Origin: Candidatus Pelagibacter sp.
GTDB lineage: Bacteria; Pseudomonadota; Alphaproteobacteria; Pelagibacterales; Pelagibacteraceae
Length of the DNA stretch: 60,991 nt
Assembly: GCA_045566115.1 (NCBI GenBank)
Contig: JBJLEC010000002.1
Span: 1 to 60,991 of the forward strand
Direction of reading: 5' to 3'
Below, piece after piece: positions 54,755 to 60,991 of the stretch. Numbering within the stretch: position 1 is the stretch's first letter; every line of letters starts with the position of its first letter. The notes under the pieces were generated by a model. It was not told the origin of the DNA, ran no database searches, and saw only the letters and a list, made by a program, of their open reading frames with translations. The translations under genes were made by a program, and so were the position numbers.

Positions 54755-55491
54755 AAAAAAAAACAATAATTGAAATAATATTAGAAAATATTAAAACATT
54801 GATTGGTGCTTTAATTATAGCTATTCTAATTAGATCTTTGATATTTCAACCATTTTATATTCCTTCTTCATCGATGGAACCGACGTTACTAGTAGGTGAC
54901 CGTATATTTGTATCTAAATACAAATATGGTTATAGCAAACATTCATTTCCCTTTAGTCCTAATTTAACTAATAAGAGATTTTTTACACAAGAACCAATTA
55001 GGGGAGATTTAGTTGTGTTTAAAACTCCTGAAGACAATAGAACGGACTTTATTAAAAGACTTGTAGGTTTACCCGGAGACACAATTCAATTTGTCAATGG
55101 AGACTTATTTATTAATAATAAAAAAATAATTAGAGTAAAAACTAAGATAAAAAATGTTATTAGGTGCGGAAATTTTAATTTAGATACAAATTCTTTTATC
55201 GAAACATTGCCAAATGGTGTTAAATATTTAGCAGTTTATAAAAAAATAGGTTCACAACAAAATAGTCGAAAATTTAAAGTTCCTCTAAATCATTATTTTT
55301 TAATGGGTGATAATAGAGATTGTTCTAGAGATAGCAGATACCTTGACAGTGTTGGCTATGTTAAAAATATAAACCTTGTAGGTAAAGCAAAAATTATTTT
55401 TTTTTCAAATGATACAAAAAAAAGTAGTTTAATTAAATTTTGGAATTTAAAAAAGTCTTTTAGATTAGATAGACTATTTAAGATATTATAA
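54751..55491 (+). CDS. lepB: Signal peptidase I
   Basis: IPSSSMEPTL, FIKRLVGLPGD, MGDNRD.S.DSR. Confidence 0.98.
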   Translation: MKKKTIIEIILENIKTLIGALIIAILIRSLIFQPFYIPSSSMEPTLLVGDRIFVSKYKYGYSKHSFPFSPNLTNKRFFTQEPIRGDLVVFKTPEDNRTDFIKRLVGLPGDTIQFVNGDLFINNKKIIRVKTKIKNVIRCGNFNLDTNSFIETLPNGVKYLAVYKKIGSQQNSRKFKVPLNHYFLMGDNRDCSRDSRYLDSVGYVKNINLVGKAKIIFFSNDTKKSSLIKFWNLKKSFRLDRLFKIL

Positions 55492-56156
55492 TGGTAGATA
55501 AAAAAAAAGAATTAGAAAAAATAATCAAATATTCATTTAAAAATAATTCATTATTATCTCAATCATTAACCCATAAAAGTTTTGATAATATCAATAATAA
55601 TGAAAAATTAGAATTTTTAGGAGACCGCGTTTTAGGGCTTGTTATTTCTCAAAAATTATTAGAAAAATTTCCACATGAAAAAGAAGGTATTATCGATAAA
55701 AAATTTGCAAACTTAGTAAATAAAAAGACTTGTACTTCTATAGCCAAAAAATTAAATTTAAAAAAATTTCTATTTTTAGGTGCTTCACATAAGAATTTAG
55801 AGAGATCCGCAGATAAAATAGTGAGTGATTGTTTAGAAGCTATAGTTGGTGCGATATATTTAGATAGTGGATTAAAGTCAGCACAAAAATTTATTTTTAA
55901 TTTTTGGGATACCTATCTGGAAAAATCTATAGTAACTTTAATAGATTCTAAAACACAACTTCAGGAATATAGTCTTAAAAAATATAAAGAATTACCTAAA
56001 TACATCTTTTATAAAAAAACAGGACCTCAACATAAACCTTTATTTAGAACTGAAGTTCAGATTCCGCATTCAAAAAAAATTTCAGGTAAAGGAACATCTA
56101 AAAAAAATGCACAACAAAAAGCTGCAGCTGAACTATTAAGAATTTTAAAAGTATGA
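55491..56156 (+). CDS. rnc: Ribonuclease III
   Basis: NEKLEFLGD, D.LEAIVGAIYLD, C-terminal dsRBD. Confidence 0.98.
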   Translation: MVDKKKELEKIIKYSFKNNSLLSQSLTHKSFDNINNNEKLEFLGDRVLGLVISQKLLEKFPHEKEGIIDKKFANLVNKKTCTSIAKKLNLKKFLFLGASHKNLERSADKIVSDCLEAIVGAIYLDSGLKSAQKFIFNFWDTYLEKSIVTLIDSKTQLQEYSLKKYKELPKYIFYKKTGPQHKPLFRTEVQIPHSKKISGKGTSKKNAQQKAAAELLRILKV

Positions 56157-56833
56157 ATTGGGAAGACAATTGTTATTTATTATCTAAAAGAAAATTTAGA
56201 GAAAATGGTAATATCATTAATATTTTTACTGAAAAGAAAGGCAAAATAGATGGTATTGTATACGGTGGTAATTCAAGAAAAATACGTAACTATCTACAAA
56301 TATCGAATAAACTTTTTGTTATCCATGCCTCTAAAAATGAAAATAGAATTGGATATTTTAAAACAGAGCTTATAAAACCAGTTTCTCCGTTATATTTTAA
56401 TGATAGAGAAAGAACATCTGCTTTAATTTCAATTTGTTCACTATTAAGTATTTTATTACCAGAAGGTCAGCCTAATAAAAAAATTTATAATTCATTTGAA
56501 AATTTAATTAATTCTATAAATTTAGATGATTGGATTATTTTATATATTTTTTTTGAACTAAATCTTATTAAAGAATTAGGTTATGATACAAATCTAAATC
56601 AATATAAAGATGACACAGTATCTGGAGAAAAAATTAAAAAGATTACCATTGATGGATATCTATATGAGATTCCTAATTATCTAATTTTAAAAAAACCTCC
56701 TATAAATATTTCTAATGGATTAATTAAAAAATCTCTTTATTTTACAAGAAATATTATTCTTAATAAATTTTTTTTACCTAATAATATTCCTTTTCCAAAA
56801 TCTAGAGTCATTTTGGAAAACTATTTTATTTAA
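56153..56833 (+). CDS. recO: DNA repair protein RecO
   Basis: MNWED N-terminus, LPEGQP, FEL.L..ELGY, follows rnc. Confidence 0.88.
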   Translation: MNWEDNCYLLSKRKFRENGNIINIFTEKKGKIDGIVYGGNSRKIRNYLQISNKLFVIHASKNENRIGYFKTELIKPVSPLYFNDRERTSALISICSLLSILLPEGQPNKKIYNSFENLINSINLDDWIILYIFFELNLIKELGYDTNLNQYKDDTVSGEKIKKITIDGYLYEIPNYLILKKPPINISNGLIKKSLYFTRNIILNKFFLPNNIPFPKSRVILENYFI

Positions 56834-56835
56834 TT

Positions 56836-57828
56836 TCAATTATTTAATTCTTTTGCTATTTCTAGAGCAAAATAAGTAACTATTGCTGATGAACCAGCTC
56901 TTTTAAATGCTATTAAAGTTTCTATGATAGAATCCTTATTTATTAATTTATTTTTTATACCATTTTTTATTAAACTATATTCACCTGAAACTTGATAAGC
57001 AAAAACCGGTATCTTGAAATTATCCTTAACCGATTTAATGATATCTAGATAAGGCATTCCTGGTTTTACCATGACTAGGTCAGCGCCTTCTTTAATATCT
57101 AAGGAAACTTCCCTGAGAGCTTCAGATTTATTTCTAAAATCCATTTGATAAGTTTTTTTATCGCCCTTTAATATCTTTTTAGATCCCACAGCATCTCTAA
57201 AAGGACCGTAAAAACTAGACGCATATTTTACAGCATAAGAGAGTAATTGAACCATTTCATGACCTTCTTTATCTAGCGCTTTTCTTATCTTTCCAATTCT
57301 TCCATCCATCATGTCGGAAGGTGCTATTACATCACAGCCCATCTGTGCTTGAAGTATTGATTGTTTAATAAGTATTTTTATTGTTTCATCATTTAAAATA
57401 TTTCCTGATTTAAGTAATCCATCATGACCATGTGATGTATATGGATCTAAAGCTACATCACACATAATGCCAATATCATTTTTAAATCTTTTTTTTATAA
57501 ATCTGATTGCTTTACAAACTAAATTGTTTTCATTTAAAGCTTCTGTTCCATGAAGATTTTTATTTTTTTTTGCTGTGTAAGGAAATAAGGCGATCATTGG
57601 TATTCTACTCGTAATTGCTTTATTTACAATTTCGCCTAGTCTATCCACTGAATATCTATAAACACCTGGCATAGATTTTATACCTTGTTTTATATTTGTT
57701 CCATCAACTAAAAATATAGGTAATATAAAATCATTTACTGAGAGGCTATTTTCTTGAACCAATTTTCTAGACCAGCTGTATTTTCGGCTTCTACGAAGTC
57801 TTAAATTTGGAAATTTACCTGTAATCAT
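56836..57828 (-). CDS. hemB: Porphobilinogen synthase (Asp-rich, non-zinc type)
   Basis: DVALDPYTSHGHDG, APSDMMDGR, MVKPG, AYQVSGEY. Confidence 0.98.
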   Translation of the reverse strand: MITGKFPNLRLRRSRKYSWSRKLVQENSLSVNDFILPIFLVDGTNIKQGIKSMPGVYRYSVDRLGEIVNKAITSRIPMIALFPYTAKKNKNLHGTEALNENNLVCKAIRFIKKRFKNDIGIMCDVALDPYTSHGHDGLLKSGNILNDETIKILIKQSILQAQMGCDVIAPSDMMDGRIGKIRKALDKEGHEMVQLLSYAVKYASSFYGPFRDAVGSKKILKGDKKTYQMDFRNKSEALREVSLDIKEGADLVMVKPGMPYLDIIKSVKDNFKIPVFAYQVSGEYSLIKNGIKNKLINKDSIIETLIAFKRAGSSAIVTYFALEIAKELNN

Positions 57829-57903
57829 GATTTAATTTAATTTTAATATGCGACAAATGTAATGTACAAATATATAATACAAAAAGGTAAATAACAATAA
57901 TTC

Positions 57904-58545
57904 ATGAACTCAGATACAAAAAAAATAGTCAATTTAGATTTAAAAAGAGAGAAAAATATTTTAAATTTTAGTGATTTTCAAAAACAAAATATTAAATTTG
58001 ATATCACTAGACTTCAAGAAGCTTACAAACAAATTATTCAAACTAAGAAATTTGATGATGGAGGAGGCATATCGCATTTTGGTGCAATTTGTTTAACTAG
58101 AATACCTGGCGACCCAGACTCTGTTAAAGGGCACAAAGCTAGAGGTTTGTATTGGACTAAACCAAATAAATCAGGAGAAGAAGTTTCTAGAGATATGAAA
58201 ATAGATGAGTCGACTTATTCAGAATTCATACCTGATTACGAAAACACATATTTTAAAGAAGTCTTCGACATTCTTTCTTCTAAATTTAAACTCGGAAGAG
58301 TTAGAATTTTATTAAAAGAACCAAGGTCGACGTTGAGCTGGCATAGAGACCCCGAGCCAAGATTGCATATTCCAATTATTACTAATCCTGGATGTTTAAT
58401 GGTTATTGATAATGTTGCAAAACATATGCCTGCCGATGGTTCAGTTTGGATTACTAACAATTCAAAATATCACAATGCGTTTAATGGTGGAGAAGAAAAT
58501 AGAGTACACCTAGTTGCTTGTGTATTGGATTACAAGTTTAATTAG
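57904..58545 (+). CDS. 2OG-Fe(II) oxygenase, aspartyl/asparaginyl beta-hydroxylase-like domain
   Basis: WHRD (HxD), RLHIPIITN, H.AFNGG..NRVHLV (distal His and 2OG-binding Arg). Confidence 0.8.
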   Translation: MNSDTKKIVNLDLKREKNILNFSDFQKQNIKFDITRLQEAYKQIIQTKKFDDGGGISHFGAICLTRIPGDPDSVKGHKARGLYWTKPNKSGEEVSRDMKIDESTYSEFIPDYENTYFKEVFDILSSKFKLGRVRILLKEPRSTLSWHRDPEPRLHIPIITNPGCLMVIDNVAKHMPADGSVWITNNSKYHNAFNGGEENRVHLVACVLDYKFN

Positions 58546-58546
58546 T

Positions 58547-58984
58547 TTGAAATATTTATTTAAAAAAGTTTGTATAGCCTCTGATCATGCAGGTTTAAAT
58601 TTAAAAAAAGTTATCATAAATCACTTAATTGATAAAAATATTTCAATTATCGATCTTGGTCCTTATAAAGGCAAATCTGTAGACTACCCAGATTATGCAA
58701 AAAAACTAGCTAATCGAATTAAAGTAAAAAAAAGTGATATAGGTATACTTGTTTGCGGTTCTGGAACAGGAATGGCAATAAGTGCTAATAAAATCAAAAA
58801 TATAAGAGCCGCTGTTTGCTACAATACGATGTCTACTAGATTGTCTAGAGAACATAATAATGCTAATATAATTGCTTTAGGTGCCAGATTAATTAAGAAA
58901 AAATTATCTTTAAAATTAGTAGAAATTTTTCTTAAGACTAAATTTGAAGGCGGAAGGCATTTAAAAAGAATTAAGAAAATATAA
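58547..58984 (+). CDS. rpiB: Ribose-5-phosphate isomerase B
   Basis: [36 protein letters not shown] start at 58547 inferred. Confidence 0.95.
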   Translation: MKYLFKKVCIASDHAGLNLKKVIINHLIDKNISIIDLGPYKGKSVDYPDYAKKLANRIKVKKSDIGILVCGSGTGMAISANKIKNIRAAVCYNTMSTRLSREHNNANIIALGARLIKKKLSLKLVEIFLKTKFEGGRHLKRIKKI

Positions 58985-58986
58985 TT

Positions 58987-60288
58987 ATGTCTACAGCAAT
59001 TAAATTAAATAAATATCTTAATAGTTTTTTTAAACATAATCTTCAAGAAGCTGATGTAGAACTGTACAACACAATAGCTGATGAGTTTTCAAGACAACAA
59101 AATCATATTGAACTTATTGCATCAGAAAATATAGTTTCAAAAGCTGTATTAGAAGCACAAGGATCTATTTTAACAAATAAATATGCTGAAGGATACCCGG
59201 GTAAAAGATATTATGGAGGATGTGAACATGTTGACGTGTCTGAAAATTTGGCAATAGAAAGAGCAAAAAAATTATTTGATTGTAATTTTGCAAATGTGCA
59301 ACCTCATTCTGGTGCACAAGCTAATGGCGCTGTTTATCTCGCTTTAATAAAACCAGGTGACACAATTTTGGGGATGAGTTTGAATTCAGGTGGACATCTT
59401 ACACACGGAGCTAAGCCAGCTCAGTCAGGAAAATGGTTTAATGCAATTCATTATGAAGTTGATAAAATTACTGGTCTAATAGATTATGACAATGTAGAAG
59501 CGCTGGCTCTGGAACATAAACCAAAAATAATTATAGCTGGTGGAAGCGCTTATTCAAGAATAATTGATTTTAAAAAGTTTAGAGAAATATCTGATAAAGT
59601 TGGAGCATATCTTTTAGTTGATATGGCACATTTTTCTGGCTTAGTAGCTGGCGGAGAGTATCCAAATCCAACTAAGTACGCAGATGTAGTTACATCAACA
59701 ACTCATAAAGTATTGCGAGGGCCAAGAGGAGGAATAATTTTAACTAATAATGAAGAATTAATAAAAAAATTTAACAGTGCAATTTTTCCAGGTTTACAAG
59801 GTGGACCTTTGATGCATGTTATAGCTGCTAAAGCAGTTTGTTTTAAGGAAGCGTTATCTCAAGATTTTAAAGTATATACTAAGAACGTTATTAATAATGC
59901 TAGGATTTTATCTGAGTGTTTGACTAAAAAAGGTTTTAAAATTTTCTCTGGCGGAACAGATACACATTTAATGTTGCTGGATTTGAGGTCTTTTAATGTT
60001 ACAGGAAAGGATGCTCAGGCGTCATTAGGTAGAGCAAATATAACATGTAATAAAAACGGAATACCTTTTGATACAGAAAGTCCAATGATTACATCAGGTA
60101 TAAGATTAGGTACACCAGCATGTACCACTAGAGGGTTTGGTAATCAAGAATTCGAATTTGTTGCTGATCTAATTTATAAAGTTATTAAAGGATTAAGTGA
60201 TAATAAGTTAGATAATTCAAAAGTAGAAAACGAAGTTAAAAAAGATGTTATAAATCTTTGTTCTTCTTTTCCTATATATGATAATTAA
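58987..60288 (+). CDS. glyA: Serine hydroxymethyltransferase
   Basis: [27 protein letters not shown]. Confidence 0.99.
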   Translation: MSTAIKLNKYLNSFFKHNLQEADVELYNTIADEFSRQQNHIELIASENIVSKAVLEAQGSILTNKYAEGYPGKRYYGGCEHVDVSENLAIERAKKLFDCNFANVQPHSGAQANGAVYLALIKPGDTILGMSLNSGGHLTHGAKPAQSGKWFNAIHYEVDKITGLIDYDNVEALALEHKPKIIIAGGSAYSRIIDFKKFREISDKVGAYLLVDMAHFSGLVAGGEYPNPTKYADVVTSTTHKVLRGPRGGIILTNNEELIKKFNSAIFPGLQGGPLMHVIAAKAVCFKEALSQDFKVYTKNVINNARILSECLTKKGFKIFSGGTDTHLMLLDLRSFNVTGKDAQASLGRANITCNKNGIPFDTESPMITSGIRLGTPACTTRGFGNQEFEFVADLIYKVIKGLSDNKLDNSKVENEVKKDVINLCSSFPIYDN

Positions 60289-60299
60289 ATAAATTAATT

Positions 60300-60761
60300 A
60301 TGCTTTGTCCATTTTGTAGAGAAAAAGATACATCTGTAGTTGACTCAAGGCCTACCGAAGACGGTACTGCCATTAGAAGGAGAAGGTTATGTGGATGTGA
60401 AAGGAGAGAAAGGTTTACAACTTTTGAACGCGTGCAATTTCAGGAATTAACCGTAATAAAAGGAAATGGAAAAAGAGAACCATTCGATAGAGATAAAATT
60501 TCTAAATCAATAAGAATAGCAACAAGAAAAAGGCCTATCGACTCAGAGACGATTGAAAAATTCATATCAAAAATTGTTAGAAATCTTGAAGGACTTGGTG
60601 AGAGTGAAATTCCAACTCCAACTATCGGAAAATTTATTATGGAAGGTTTGTCTGCATTAGATAAAGTTGCTTACGTTCGTTTTGCTTCTGTTTATAAGAA
60701 CTTTAAAGAAGCTAAAGATTTCGAACAATTTGTTGGCAACCTAGATGACAAGAAATCATAA
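60300..60761 (+). CDS. nrdR: Transcriptional repressor NrdR
   Basis: CPFC, V.DSR, IRRRR, RFTTFE, ATP cone, [10 protein letters not shown]. Confidence 0.97.
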   Translation: MLCPFCREKDTSVVDSRPTEDGTAIRRRRLCGCERRERFTTFERVQFQELTVIKGNGKREPFDRDKISKSIRIATRKRPIDSETIEKFISKIVRNLEGLGESEIPTPTIGKFIMEGLSALDKVAYVRFASVYKNFKEAKDFEQFVGNLDDKKS

Positions 60762-60991
60762 ATACTATTTAGATATTGCTTTTCAACTTGCTGAAAAACA
60801 CTTAGGTAAAACTAAATCAAACCCGTGTGTAGGGACTGTTGTTGTAAAAAATAATTCTGTAATTTCATCTGGGGTTACTTCTATAAATGGACGACCTCAT
60901 GCTGAATATAATGCTCTAAAAAATGAAAAAAACTTATTTGGATCAGATCTATATACAACTTTGGAACCTTGTTCACATTATGGGTTAACAC
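60745..60991 (+). CDS. ribD: Riboflavin biosynthesis deaminase/reductase RibD, 3'-truncated (not in ORF track)
   Basis: Manual translation from ATG 60745 gives NP.VG.VVV, G.PHAE, TLEPCSH.G.T. Follows nrdR. Confidence 0.95.
   Translation, partial: MTRNHKYYLDIAFQLAEKHLGKTKSNPCVGTVVVKNNSVISSGVTSINGRPHAEYNALKNEKNLFGSDLYTTLEPCSHYGLT

Noticed and set aside
56150-56156. era absent between rnc and recO; rpsD absent from the alpha operon
   Set aside because: Relocation of rpsD is standard in Alphaproteobacteria. Loss of era cannot be judged from one window.
56153-57828. Zinc-sparing theme (RecO without Cys cluster, Asp-type HemB, zinc-free S14)
   Set aside because: Asp-type HemB and long S14 are normal in Alphaproteobacteria, and Adk, TopA and NrdR keep Cys sites.
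203-58460. Many short antisense or alternate-frame ORFs in the track (e.g. 657-1004, 2768-3130, 7911-8276, 24887-25324, 33584-33925, 53303-53629)
   Set aside because: They lie within conserved genes, have no motifs, and show the composition expected of codon-bias shadows.
1-60991. CRISPR arrays, IS elements, prophage, defence systems, rRNA
   Set aside because: No spaced direct repeats, transposase/integrase ORFs or unexplained long non-coding stretches were seen. Nearly every base is accounted for by recognisable genes.

Overview
Very AT-rich, densely packed core chromosome segment of a streamlined alphaproteobacterium. Gene order, tiny intergenic spacers and Lys/Asn/Ile-rich proteins point to Pelagibacterales (SAR11), an inference from sequence character only. 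Bases 1-22.6 kb hold rpoB (3' part), rpoC and the str/S10/spc/alpha ribosomal cluster, with no tuf, no rpmD and a frameshifted rplR. Housekeeping blocks follow: rluC, lipB, mgtE, panC, galU-ugd, yqgF-pyrB-pyrC'-plsY-topA, gatCAB-OMT-trhO-MATE, an orphan amino-acid ABC binding protein plus permease, LexA-boxed umuDC, a ThiV-like symporter behind an aberrant TPP-type riboswitch, rarD, tRNA-Ser(GCT), slt, dapA...recO, hemB, and a 2OG-Fe(II) oxygenase-rpiB-glyA-nrdR-ribD run. I saw no mobile element, CRISPR array or rRNA. Best leads: (1) a TPP-riboswitch variant with an intact pyrimidine-sensing arm and a remodelled pyrophosphate arm, a candidate HMP/precursor sensor; (2) an O-methyltransferase translationally coupled to trhO, a candidate TrhO+TrmR-like mo5U34 pathway; (3) rplR split at an A8 run followed by a hairpin; (4) an ATPase-less ABC pair whose permease carries a lipobox.
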